From: Promethearchaeota archaeon | Lineage (GTDB): Archaea > Asgardarchaeota > Lokiarchaeia > Sigyniarchaeales > SOKP01 | Reading direction: 5' to 3' | Assembly (NCBI GenBank): GCA_016839705.1 | Contig: JAEOTR010000057.1 | Location: 1-64,000 of the forward strand | DNA: 64,000 nt | Shown here: piece by piece, positions 1-9,421 of the stretch | Numbering within the stretch: position 1 is the first letter of the stretch | Layout: each line of letters starts with the position of its first letter | Translations under genes and position numbers: made by a program | Notes under the pieces: model-generated | The model's database searches: none | What the model saw: the letters and a program-made list of their open reading frames with translations, nothing else | What the model was told of the DNA's origin: nothing

Positions 1-157
1 ATTGATGACAACCAATACAATTTTTTAAATCGACCTTATTTAAAAATAAATATTCATATTCGCAATCGTAATTCTTTTTATGAATATTTTCAATGGTTTT
101 TATTGCATTATACGTATTTTGTTTTCGTGGACTGCTAATTATTGCTAATATTTTCAT
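1..157 (-). CDS. Iron-sulfur flavoprotein / NAD(P)H-dependent FMN reductase family protein (5' part only, runs off window)
   Basis: Not in ORF track. Manual translation from ATG at 157 gives MKILAIISSPRKQNTYNAIKTIENIHKKNYDCEYEYLFLNKVDLKNCIGCHQ, with the SPR..NT FMN loop and CxxC. Confidence 0.8.
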   Translation of the reverse strand, partial: MKILAIISSPRKQNTYNAIKTIENIHKKNYDCEYEYLFLNKVDLKNCIGCHQ

Positions 158-599
158 AATTTGTCTCATTGTGTAATAATTAATAATTATTTCGCTTTTT
201 TCCATTCTTTTTTGATATAATTTAGAATATAAGCGTAATTGGTCACATGATTTTTAAAAAAAATTGCAGATCTTTTTAAAAATATTACCTTTTATAAAAA
301 TTAATATTGGCTCTAACCTGTAATTTTACAATGATAATTAAAGAAAGTGGATAATTAGAGTATCAAGTTTATACTTCTTTTAAACTAAAAGAGGTGTTTC
401 ACGAACTTTTTCTATGTTTTCTCTAGAATTTCTTAAATAACTTCCAGTACTAAGTCTTTTGGAGGAGGTGAATTGAATAATTCACGAAAGTTTTAATAAA
501 GCTTTTTGGGTTACTTTTTAAATAACTTTTTTAATAACGTGAAGAATAAATTCATAATTATTCAATAGAGATTCAATAGATAAAGAAGTGTGATTTATA

Positions 600-1046
600 A
601 TGAAAACACTCATAGTTTATGACACAAAATACGGAAATACTAAAAAAGTGGCAAAATTAATTGGCGAAGGTCTTAAAACTATTGAAGATAACGAGGTTAT
701 AATTGAATATGTTGAAGAGATTGATCTGAATAAAGAACAGATTTACGATTTAATACTTATTGGCTCTCCGAACCATTATGGAACGTATACAAAACCTATT
801 AAGAATTTTATAGCGAATCTTCCTGAGAGTTCTTTAAAGGGAAACACTTATGCAGTATTTGGCACGTATATGTACAAAAATTATCAGAGAGTAATAAAGG
901 GAATGGAGAAGCAAATTAATGAAGTCATGCCAAATATGGTTAAAACAAGTCCAGGGCTTTCAATCAGAGTGGCTACTAATAAAGGGCCTATCAAAGATGA
1001 AGAATTTCCTAAATGTAGAGAATTTGGGATTAAACTTTCAAAATAA
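600..1046 (+). CDS. Flavodoxin family protein (tandem copy 1)
   Basis: YDTKYGNTKKVA FMN-binding loop, LILIGSP motif. Confidence 0.9.
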   Translation: MKTLIVYDTKYGNTKKVAKLIGEGLKTIEDNEVIIEYVEEIDLNKEQIYDLILIGSPNHYGTYTKPIKNFIANLPESSLKGNTYAVFGTYMYKNYQRVIKGMEKQINEVMPNMVKTSPGLSIRVATNKGPIKDEEFPKCREFGIKLSK

Positions 1047-1233
1047 TATTTTACCCAACAGTGAAAAAATCAAAAATATTTGTTTTTATAATACTACTAT
1101 CTTTAAGAGGTATATAATAATCTAATTTAATGAAGCATTTTAGCTTATTTTTTACAAAACTTTTTTTATAATGTGAAAAATAAATTCATAGTAATTCAAA
1201 TGAGATTCAATTAATAAAAAGGAGTGATTTATA

Positions 1234-1680
1234 ATGAAAGCACTTATAGTTTATGGCACTAAATATGGAAACACAAAAAAAGTAGCAGAATTGATTGGTG
1301 AAGGTTTAAAAACAGTTGAGGGAAACACTGTTTCAGTTGAAAGTGTGAAAGAAATTGATGTAGAAAAAGACGAAACTTATGATTTAATAATCATTGGTTC
1401 CCCAAACCATGTTGGGAGTCATATCGGTACAGTAAAGAAATTCATCAAGAACCTTCCTAAAGCTTCATTGAAAGGGAATTCTTTTGCAGTATTCGACACG
1501 TATATGGGAAAAGATTTTGAAAAAGCTACAAGAAAAATGGAAAAACAAATTACTAAAGTTATGCCAAATATGAAAAAAGTGAGTTCTGGTTTATCTATAA
1601 AAGTTGGCGGGATGAAAGGACCCATCGTAGACGAAGATCTACCAAAATGTAAAGATTTTGGAATAAAACTAGCAAAATAA
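1234..1680 (+). CDS. Flavodoxin family protein (tandem copy 2)
   Basis: YGTKYGNTKKVA loop, AVFDT motif; same length (148 aa) as and colinear with copy 1. Confidence 0.9.
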   Translation: MKALIVYGTKYGNTKKVAELIGEGLKTVEGNTVSVESVKEIDVEKDETYDLIIIGSPNHVGSHIGTVKKFIKNLPKASLKGNSFAVFDTYMGKDFEKATRKMEKQITKVMPNMKKVSSGLSIKVGGMKGPIVDEDLPKCKDFGIKLAK

Positions 1681-1708
1681 ATTATTACATCTTTTTTTTA
1701 ATTCAAGA

Positions 1709-2557
1709 TTACAAATATCCAAGAAAATTAGTAACACCATGAATTTTCGGAATTTCTACTTTAAAATAGTTTTTTACTATATCTAATAGAAATGTTAAAT
1801 AAACCTTCTGTATCCGTTCATTATGCTTCTCATTAATACGATCCATAAGAATTTTCGATGTTAATACCTCTTTTTGAACCTCACTTATAAATTCTGCTAA
1901 CTCTTTTGAAAATTCATATGCCTTCTGAATTTCATTCCTTAAAATTATTAGCCCTGTAGCTAATTCATATTCTGCTAAAAATTTCTGAGTGATACTTTTC
2001 TCAACACTTAATTTTTTATAGTCAATCAGATTGTTTTTATCATGGATTATGTAACCCTTATTAAAAACTAAATAATCAATATAGTCACTTTTATCCTTCT
2101 TATAATCCCCTTCTGACATCATAAGCAAATCAAAATCAAATAAACCTTGAATAGTAAATCTAAAGAAATTTATTATATGATTGTAAAGAAACTTATCTTC
2201 TGATAAAATAATAATTTTTTTTCCTAAAAATATAGCCTTAAAAATAAAAATCATTAATTTTTCAGGAATATTCAGCCTTATCAAATCAAAGTTAATTGAT
2301 TCTGTAATGGGGGGTGCTTCTTCATCACGACTTTGAGAGATTTCCATTTCAGGAGCTTCAATTTTGAAATCAGCTATAAAACAATCTCGAACAATTAAAT
2401 TTTTGTCCACATAAGCAATGAATGAATGTTCACAAATCATTCCCGGTTCAATATTAACTGCTAATAGTCCTTTTTGAGCATTTTTTGTCGCATCATTTAA
2501 TATCTCTATATATTCCCATTTTCCACAAATCGGACAATGAATTTCAAGTTTAGCCAT
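1709..2557 (-). CDS. Hypothetical protein with N-terminal zinc-binding module and possible DENN-like core
   Basis: CPICG...CEH N-terminus; segment IFKAIFLGKKIIILSED resembles the cDENN core motif. Confidence 0.6.
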   Translation of the reverse strand: MAKLEIHCPICGKWEYIEILNDATKNAQKGLLAVNIEPGMICEHSFIAYVDKNLIVRDCFIADFKIEAPEMEISQSRDEEAPPITESINFDLIRLNIPEKLMIFIFKAIFLGKKIIILSEDKFLYNHIINFFRFTIQGLFDFDLLMMSEGDYKKDKSDYIDYLVFNKGYIIHDKNNLIDYKKLSVEKSITQKFLAEYELATGLIILRNEIQKAYEFSKELAEFISEVQKEVLTSKILMDRINEKHNERIQKVYLTFLLDIVKNYFKVEIPKIHGVTNFLGYL

Positions 2558-2692
2558 ATTAAATCGTATGAATTTGATTAGAATTATATTATAGAAAGTG
2601 AGAATTATTCTTATTTTGTACTCTTTCTTAGCTATATATTAAATGAAGTAATATCAATATAAAGATTAGCTAGTAAATCAATCATACCGAAT

Positions 2693-3172
2693 TTAATATC
2701 TTTGAACCCTACCGTAACTTTTTTCTACCAGATTAGCTATTAATAGGCACGCAACAGCACTCAAATTTTCAGCAATTATAAACGAGAAGGTGTTATCCAG
2801 AAATACAATGCAAATAAAGAATGTTATAAAGAAAAACACAGTGAAAACAGAAAATACAATTACTAACGGTTTAGTTATAGGAAAATTGAGGATCCTTTTT
2901 AATAATGTAAGTTGATTCTTAGTTTTGCGAAATTGGGTTCTTAATTTCTCTCTTCTTTCAATTTGAGCATAGCTTTCAAAAATAATCATACTAGCGAAAA
3001 AAATAGCTACAGTTATTCCTATAGGAATTAAAATAACAACGAAATAGCTACCAATTTCTAAAAAATACTGCCCAATAAAAATAAAGAAGAGTTGAATTAT
3101 CCCACACATCCCTAATAATAACATTCCAATTCCAAGGTATTCCTTTGATTTCCAACGAATTTTTATTGGCAT
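2693..3172 (-). CDS. Hypothetical membrane protein (about 4 TM)
   Basis: Four hydrophobic segments. Start moved to ATG 3172 (MPIKIRW) because the track start at 3241 lies inside the tRNA. Confidence 0.7.
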   Translation of the reverse strand: MPIKIRWKSKEYLGIGMLLLGMCGIIQLFFIFIGQYFLEIGSYFVVILIPIGITVAIFFASMIIFESYAQIERREKLRTQFRKTKNQLTLLKRILNFPITKPLVIVFSVFTVFFFITFFICIVFLDNTFSFIIAENLSAVACLLIANLVEKSYGRVQRY

Positions 3173-3196
3173 TTTCGTGGTATTTCTTACATATAA

Positions 3197-3273
3197 TGGT
3201 GGGCCCGGCGCAATTTGAATGCGCGACCTTCCGCACGTCAAGCGGACGTCATACCAGGCTAGACCACGGGCCC
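3197..3273 (-). tRNA. tRNA-Val(GAC), intronless, CCA encoded
   Basis: GGGCCCG/CGGGCCC acceptor stem, D arm GTCTAGCCTGGTATGAC, anticodon arm TCCGC-TTGACGT-GCGGA, T arm GCGCA-TTCAAAT-TGCGC, 3' ACCA. Confidence 0.95.
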
Positions 3274-3399
3274 TTTTAAATTCTGAATCTAAATGATATT
3301 TAGTTTAAAGTATTAGAAAAATAAATATTTTATCAGTTGTTATGTGATTTTTTAAATTCCTAACCAATGAAAAAAAAGAAAAAAAAAATAAGAGTAATT

Positions 3400-4635
3400 T
3401 TAAGCTTTCTTCTCTCTTAATGCCTTAATCATAGGCAAGTCTTTACCAGAAAGAATTTCTAGCATAGCGCCTCCAGCTGTAGATATAAAAGAAATACCAT
3501 CAGATTTTCCGGACATTGCTGCTGCGGCTCCCATTTCACCGCCTCCGATAATCGTTAAAGCGTTATTTTTCTTGGTAGCTTGTACCATTGCTTCAACCAT
3601 ATCATTTGTGGCCTCCCGGAATACTTCCATTTCAAATATTCCTGGGGGTCCGTTTGCGATAATTGTTTTACATTTCATTATAACATCTTTAAATTTATCT
3701 ACGGTTTTTTCACCAATATCACCTGTTGTTGTGTTGTAAGTCCCAGCCTCATCAATTCCAATAGTTTTTCTATTACCATCGTCATCAATAATTAAATCTT
3801 CAGGAAGAATGATTTTATCTTTATACTTGTTATATGTTTCCAGAATCATATCTTTATTAGCTTCTAAATCTTTGGCTATAATTTTATGATTAGGTTCTCC
3901 CATGTTTTTACCCAAAGCCTCAAAAATTAAAATTGCTGTCAATCCTGAACATAAGGCATAATCTAATTTTTCATTATCAAAGTTGTATTTCATTGCTTTA
4001 AATTTATCTATTGCTTTTGCGCCGCCTATTAACATAGCCATAGGTTTATCTGGAGATACCATAATTTTCTTTAGGGCATCTAATTCCTTATCAGTAATTG
4101 GTCCTGCCATCATTTTTGGCCATCCTACGATAGAAGCGTGAGCGCGGTGAGCTGCTCCAAAAGCATCAACAATGACATAATCAACCAATGGAAAAAGCAC
4201 CTTCACCATTTCAGTATTTTCTGCTTCAGAAAAATCTTTATATTCCTTCATTTCCCCTTCAAATTTCCGAACATTATTAAGAACCAAAACCTCTCCTTTT
4301 TTAAGATCCTTTATTGCTTTAATTGCTTGTTCTCCATAGATATCCTTCACAAATTTTACTGGACGCCCTAAATATTTTTCTATCTCTTTTGCATGGATAT
4401 CTAGATCAGTAAAGTCATCATTACCCGGTCGAGATTGATGTGCAAGAATAATTACTGCGCTTTTTTTAAAATATTTATTCAGAGCAGGAACTAATGCTCG
4501 AATCCGAGGAGAATCTCTAATCTCCATCTTTTCTACATCAATGTTGGAGTTGATATCAACCCGCATTAATACTTTTTTACCTTTTAAATTCACATCTTTA
4601 AAGGATGTATAATCAATTTTCATAAGTTGTATCAC
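3400..4635 (-). CDS. pgk: Phosphoglycerate kinase
   Basis: RVDINS, AHQSRPG, DAFGAAHRAHAS, GGAK, GPPGIFE and ISTAGGA motifs. Confidence 0.95.
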   Translation of the reverse strand: MIQLMKIDYTSFKDVNLKGKKVLMRVDINSNIDVEKMEIRDSPRIRALVPALNKYFKKSAVIILAHQSRPGNDDFTDLDIHAKEIEKYLGRPVKFVKDIYGEQAIKAIKDLKKGEVLVLNNVRKFEGEMKEYKDFSEAENTEMVKVLFPLVDYVIVDAFGAAHRAHASIVGWPKMMAGPITDKELDALKKIMVSPDKPMAMLIGGAKAIDKFKAMKYNFDNEKLDYALCSGLTAILIFEALGKNMGEPNHKIIAKDLEANKDMILETYNKYKDKIILPEDLIIDDDGNRKTIGIDEAGTYNTTTGDIGEKTVDKFKDVIMKCKTIIANGPPGIFEMEVFREATNDMVEAMVQATKKNNALTIIGGGEMGAAAAMSGKSDGISFISTAGGAMLEILSGKDLPMIKALREKKA

Positions 4636-4809
4636 TTCAGATTAGGATTTATAATTAAAATAATAGTAATTTATAATTATTTTGAATTGTTATTATCTTT
4701 TTTTAAAATTTTAAATTAGAAAAATACAAAATGAATGGAATTTTTATCATTTTTATAAGAGATAATTTTAAACTATCCCTCGTATTATGTGCCTATATAG
4801 TGTTGTGTT

Positions 4810-5589
4810 ATGAGTGAAATTAAAGATATTTTAGCAAAATTACTAGAAAAAAAAGTGTCTTTAGAAGAAGCGGAAAGATTATTGAGAGCAAATCATGTTG
4901 AAGAAGTAGGAGACTTAGCTAAATTAGATATTTTCCGTAAAACAAGGACCGGTACTCCAGAAGTTATTTTTGCCCAAAATAAAGCACCCCAGATGGTAAT
5001 AGATTTTACAATAAGGTTTTTAGAAAGCAAAAAATTCGCAATTATCTCTCGATATAATGAAGATCAGAAGAATCTCATCCTTGAATCATTTGATAAATCT
5101 AATGAATATGATCTTATCATTAACGCACTTGGTAAGATAATTGTTATTAAAGAAAAATCATATAATTTCCCTAAAAAGGGGGGAATAGTGGGTGTCGTAA
5201 CAGCGGGAAGTTCAGACATACCTGTTGCAGCAGAGGCAAAGATTATTGCAGAGGTAATGGGCTGTAAAGTTGTTACATCTTACGATGTAGGTATTGCGGG
5301 TATTCATCGACTTTTTACACCCTTAAGTGAAATGATTAAAAAAGGAGTTCATGTAATAATAGTATGTGCAGGGATGGAAGGAACCCTACCTGGAGTTGTT
5401 GCAGCTCTCGTTGATGTTCCAGTTATTGGTGTTCCAATATCGAGTGGATATGGGATGGGAGAAAAAGGAAAAGGTGCTTTAGTTACAATGTTACAATCTT
5501 GCTCCCCGGGACTATTGGTAGTAAATATTGATAATGGTTTTGGTGCTGGTGTCTCAGCTGCGATTATTGCTAATAAGATCACGGAATAG
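4810..5589 (+). CDS. larB: Nickel-pincer cofactor biosynthesis protein LarB (PurE-like)
   Basis: RTGTPEVIF, TAGSSDIPVA, DVGIAGIHRL, AGMEGTLP, PISSGYG and VVNIDNGFGA motifs. Confidence 0.92.
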   Translation: MSEIKDILAKLLEKKVSLEEAERLLRANHVEEVGDLAKLDIFRKTRTGTPEVIFAQNKAPQMVIDFTIRFLESKKFAIISRYNEDQKNLILESFDKSNEYDLIINALGKIIVIKEKSYNFPKKGGIVGVVTAGSSDIPVAAEAKIIAEVMGCKVVTSYDVGIAGIHRLFTPLSEMIKKGVHVIIVCAGMEGTLPGVVAALVDVPVIGVPISSGYGMGEKGKGALVTMLQSCSPGLLVVNIDNGFGAGVSAAIIANKITE

Positions 5590-5657
5590 GTTTTAATTAT
5601 TTTGTAGGTTTTCCCTTATTCCTTAAATTTACAAATAATTAGAACCTTTTGTTCAAT

Positions 5658-5674
5658 TAGGTAAATCTTACCTA
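5658..5674. promoter_or_regulatory. Palindromic candidate operator just upstream of a BRE/TATA-like element
   Basis: Perfect inverted repeat TAGGTAA-ATC-TTACCTA followed by GAAAATTTTATAAA. Confidence 0.4.
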
Positions 5675-5742
5675 GGAAAATTTTATAAACTATCGAGTTG
5701 AAATTTTTTTCAATTACTCAAAATAAAAAATATATCTTAATT

Positions 5743-6408
5743 ATGGCGCCAACACCAGCATCACTTGAAGCTTTATCTAAGCTTCGTGAGCTAAATCCGG
5801 AATTTGGATGGTATGTTATTCCACTACTTGTTTTAGTATTATATATATATGGGGTGGAAATTAAAAACGCAAGAGAAACAGGAAATTGGAGCACAATTTT
5901 CGCGGGATTAACTCTATTAGGACTGGATTTAATAAATGAAATATGGAATGGACTTATTTTTGCCTTTTCTAATTATTCTGCTTTTTGGACTACACCTGGA
6001 GCAAGCGCTTACATTATTTTAATTGGTTGGAATATTGAAATTGCTTTTATGTTCTCCATTGCAGGGATAGTATTTGCGAAATTTTTATCAGATGATAAAA
6101 ACAAGAAAATGCTAGGTCTTCCTAATCGATGGGCTTATGCGATTGGTTTCACAATTTTCTCTGTGTTTGTAGAAATTTTATTAAATAGAGGGAATTATTT
6201 AATCTGGGAATATCCTTGGTGGCATTGGTATAATCCAATTCTTATCTTCCTAATAGGATATTTTCATTTCTTTGTAGGAGCGTTCTATGTATACGATTTA
6301 CCTGATAGAAAGTCAAAAGTAAGAGTAGTTGGAATTATCTATGCCATCGGTATTGTGCTGTTATGCATATTTCTCCCACTAGGTATTGTGGGAATAATAG
6401 ATTTTTAA
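5743..6408 (+). CDS. Conserved-looking hypothetical multi-pass membrane protein
   Basis: About 6 hydrophobic segments, Trp-rich (NEIWN, GWNIEI, WEYPWW); likely start ATG 5743. Confidence 0.7.
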   Translation: MAPTPASLEALSKLRELNPEFGWYVIPLLVLVLYIYGVEIKNARETGNWSTIFAGLTLLGLDLINEIWNGLIFAFSNYSAFWTTPGASAYIILIGWNIEIAFMFSIAGIVFAKFLSDDKNKKMLGLPNRWAYAIGFTIFSVFVEILLNRGNYLIWEYPWWHWYNPILIFLIGYFHFFVGAFYVYDLPDRKSKVRVVGIIYAIGIVLLCIFLPLGIVGIIDF

Positions 6409-6606
6409 ATTTTCTAAATTTTTTTTTTTCAAATTAACTATTCTAAAGTGGGTTAATTTCAAATAATTGCCCATTTTCAATATCTCTAGTTGGGTAATTT
6501 AACCTAGATAAGTATTTATATTAAAATTAATATAATAGATATTGAACTTATTTTAATTTAAATAAAACTATTAAAAAAATTCTACAGAATTGTAGTTGAG
6601 ACCACG

Positions 6607-7149
6607 ATGGTCGCATCTATTGAACATGAAGATCTTTTTGAGAAATCAAAGAAATTTTTCGAAGAAAAAGATATCGAAAATACTTTAGATCACTATGAAA
6701 AAGCAATAGAGCGAATAGATCGAACAAAGCTTAAAAACAAGTCAGATTATCTCCAATTTTTACAAGCTATTTTAGAATATTGCCAAGAAAACAATTTACC
6801 TGAGCAGGAAGCCTTAGCATTAAGAGCTCTAGGAAGAACATACTCCCTTTTTAAATTATATCCCGAAAGTATGAAATATCATTACCAATCATTAAAAATT
6901 CAAAAAAAATTAGGGAAAAAGGTTGAGACCGCAGAAGGCTTAGTATTTCTAGCAGAAGACCTTGAAGTATCTGGTAATTACGATAAGAGCATAGAAACGT
7001 TCGAAGAAGCCTCTGAAATATTCAGTGAACTAGGAAAATTAAGGATTGTTAAGAATATCACTAAGGAAGTAAAGAGAATAAAAGAATTTTCTAAAGAAAT
7101 GGTTGAAGACGAGTACATGTTACATAAGTTTCATGTTGATAAATATTAA
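6607..7149 (+). CDS. Tetratricopeptide repeat protein
   Basis: TPR-like repeats ALRALGRTY...SLKIQKKLG and LAEDLEVSGNYDKSIETFEEASEIFSELG. Confidence 0.8.
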   Translation: MVASIEHEDLFEKSKKFFEEKDIENTLDHYEKAIERIDRTKLKNKSDYLQFLQAILEYCQENNLPEQEALALRALGRTYSLFKLYPESMKYHYQSLKIQKKLGKKVETAEGLVFLAEDLEVSGNYDKSIETFEEASEIFSELGKLRIVKNITKEVKRIKEFSKEMVEDEYMLHKFHVDKY

Positions 7150-7214
7150 TTCAACTCAATAATGAGCCTTATTAACAAAACCAATTTTTTTTAATTTCTA
7201 TTATTGAATCGTTT

Positions 7215-8498
7215 TTAAGTTATCTTGAAACTTCGATTTATATATCCTTGCAGCATGATTTGAATCTTTCTTACAGGAATTCCTGAATCTTCGCTTATCC
7301 GTTTTAAATCTTCATATTCTGGTTTAATATTAACTATATCCTTATCATTTAGGGACTTGATAAAGGAGACCTTAAAATTTACTTCATAGTTTTTTCCATT
7401 AATTTCGACATTTCGTTTTTCTTGAGTTCTCTCAACACAGACCCGGTTCATTGTATAATATCTCACCCCTAATGTCCCTAATTCATGAATTATTTTTTCA
7501 CTTAATTTAAATCTATTTTCTGGAGAACAAAGAATTTTAATTATATGACTGGGTCGATTTTTTTTTGTTAGACTCGGAATTATTTGAATATCTAACGTTT
7601 CTTCTTTTTCTAATTTATTTATGAAATTCCCTAGTATTTCTCCTGACACATCATCCACATCAGTTTCAAGAATCGATATGTTTTCAACATATTTTTGTAA
7701 AGGATGTAGAGAACCAGTACTATCAGTATCAAAAGAATTTCCATAAAACAATCGAAGCACATTTTGAAAATCTTTAAAAGATTTTTGACCCGTGCTGTAA
7801 AAAACCTTTTTAATTTCCATCTCAGGTGGAAATTGGATGATCTTAGGATTTAAATTTGATAATAAGGCAGCTCCTGTAGGGGTTACCAACTCTGATTCAA
7901 TAGGACCCCCATATGTTAATAGGTTTGTCTGTTCTAAAATTTTTAAGGTTGCTGGAGCGGGAACGGGTAATATTCCGTGAGCAGTTTTTACTTTACCTCC
8001 CCCTAATGGTATCTTGCTGCAGTAAATGCATATTTTATCATCAAAACCATTAATTTTATCTAAAACTGATGTGACACCTATAATATCAATTAATGTATCA
8101 ATTGAGCTAAGCTCATGAAGGTGGATATTCTCTGCTAATTCACCATGAACCTCTGCTTCTGCTTGGATTAAGGAGTTTAATACCTTAACTGCATAATCCT
8201 TGGCAGAATCACTGAACTTTTTTTCATCTAAATATGTTTCTAATGATTTTTGAAGTGTCTGGGCTGATCTATGATCTTTTGTTTCTTTAATTTCTATATC
8301 TAATTGATTTGTTTGCAGTCCAGACCTCGGTATTTTCATCAGTTTGATATTTAATTTGTATACACCTGGCAAGTAATTTCTAAGTTCTGTTAATTCCTGC
8401 AGAATGTCATTTGGGTTTGTGACTAAACCTAAAAGAGAAGCAAGAAACATGTCTCCAGAAATTCCTGAATTATTTAGATCTAGGTACAATATTCTCAT
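7215..8498 (-). CDS. larC: Nickel insertion protein LarC
   Basis: SGISGDM, AEAEVHG, HLHELSSID, TAHGILPVPAPAT, ELVTPTGAA, ETDVDD, GTLGVR and KPEYED motifs; both LarC1 and LarC2 parts in one frame. Confidence 0.93.
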   Translation of the reverse strand: MRILYLDLNNSGISGDMFLASLLGLVTNPNDILQELTELRNYLPGVYKLNIKLMKIPRSGLQTNQLDIEIKETKDHRSAQTLQKSLETYLDEKKFSDSAKDYAVKVLNSLIQAEAEVHGELAENIHLHELSSIDTLIDIIGVTSVLDKINGFDDKICIYCSKIPLGGGKVKTAHGILPVPAPATLKILEQTNLLTYGGPIESELVTPTGAALLSNLNPKIIQFPPEMEIKKVFYSTGQKSFKDFQNVLRLFYGNSFDTDSTGSLHPLQKYVENISILETDVDDVSGEILGNFINKLEKEETLDIQIIPSLTKKNRPSHIIKILCSPENRFKLSEKIIHELGTLGVRYYTMNRVCVERTQEKRNVEINGKNYEVNFKVSFIKSLNDKDIVNIKPEYEDLKRISEDSGIPVRKIQIMLQGYINRSFKIT

Positions 8499-8538
8499 TT
8501 TATTATTCCTTTGAAATTAGTGTAAATTTCATTTATTA

Positions 8539-8566
8539 AAGTGATAATAATTTTATAACTATATCA
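8539..8566. promoter_or_regulatory. Repeated promoter/operator element, copy 1 (candidate NikR box overlapping TATA)
   Basis: AAGTGATAATAATTTTATAACTATAT matches 9919-9944 at 25 of 26 nt; contains TGATA-N15-TATCA. Confidence 0.55.
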
Positions 8567-8642
8567 TTTTTCAAGTACATTAAAAAATTAAAGTTACTTC
8601 CTTTAAAGTATAAAAATTATATCAAATTAATTGTAGATAAAA

Positions 8643-9380
8643 ATGTTTTGTCCTCAATGTGGTTCCAAAATATCTAACGAGGCAGAGTTCTGTCCTACCT
8701 GTGGAGAAAACCTAGAAAAAGCTAAAAATTTTCTCAACGAGGCTTCTACGATAAGTGACATCTCAAACTTAAAACAAGAGCTTGAGTTTTCTCTTGAGGG
8801 GGATATAAGCGTTTTATCTGTAAAGCCATACAATGTCAACAAATTCTACCTGAAGGTTAAAAATAATAGCTTAAAACCTATATACGATGTAAACATTAAA
8901 CTCTCTGGACCACCCCATATTGAATTATTAACGAATTTAATAAAGCTTCAAGTGATAGATGCGAATAGCACTAATAGTGCTCCTATTTCAGTTTTACCTA
9001 AAGGGGATGGTATTTTTACATTAACTGCTAGATTACTGTCTAATACAGGTCATACGCTTATAGACTCATTTGAACTCCGAACTGAGGCCCCAAAAAGCAT
9101 TGCGATTGGAGACATACCCAAACAGTCAAAACAAAAAACCTACTCGTATACATCAAGATCCTCAGGAAGAACTGATCAAGTAGTTGCTGTTCTGGTTATT
9201 TTTGCGCTATTTGGGATAATTCTTATGATTTCTGGGGGCGTATCTTTTCTAGTTGGGGGATTACCAATCTCAGCAGGAATTACTTTTTTAGTAATTGGAT
9301 TTATATTCCTTGGTATAGGGACAAAGGGAAAATGTTGTATAGTACCATTTTATTGTGCTGATTGTGATTGCGATTGTTAG
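8643..9380 (+). CDS. Zinc-ribbon + Ig-like domain membrane protein with Cys-rich C-terminal tail
   Basis: FCPQCG...FCPTCG, beta-sandwich-like middle, two TM helices, tail KCCIVPFYCADCDCDC. Confidence 0.75.
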   Translation: MFCPQCGSKISNEAEFCPTCGENLEKAKNFLNEASTISDISNLKQELEFSLEGDISVLSVKPYNVNKFYLKVKNNSLKPIYDVNIKLSGPPHIELLTNLIKLQVIDANSTNSAPISVLPKGDGIFTLTARLLSNTGHTLIDSFELRTEAPKSIAIGDIPKQSKQKTYSYTSRSSGRTDQVVAVLVIFALFGIILMISGGVSFLVGGLPISAGITFLVIGFIFLGIGTKGKCCIVPFYCADCDCDC

Positions 9381-9421
9381 GAAATCTGTTAGATTTATAC
9401 TATTTTTAGATAGAGAAAATT

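Larger units (their letters stand above)
521..1680 (+). repeat. Diverged tandem duplication of the flavodoxin gene plus about 80 bp of upstream region
   Basis: Upstream segments 521-600 and about 1155-1234 align (aactttttt..aa.gtgaa.aataaattcata...attcaa..gagattcaat...gtgatttataATGAAA). Confidence 0.85.

Noticed and set aside
3173-3241. N-terminal extension MTCGRSRIQIAPGPP of ORF 2693..3241, and ORF 3048..3236
   Set aside because: Both overlap the tRNA-Val gene; they are artefacts of reading through tRNA sequence.
3100-3400. tRNA as an integration site for a mobile element
   Set aside because: No integrase and no duplicated tRNA 3' end were seen in the window.
6607-7149. Alpha-SNAP-like assignment for the TPR protein
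   Set aside because: Only a generic TPR pattern is visible and the protein is too short; this cannot be supported without a profile search.
7215-8498. Programmed frameshift in larC, as known for some bacterial larC genes
   Set aside because: The gene is one continuous frame here.
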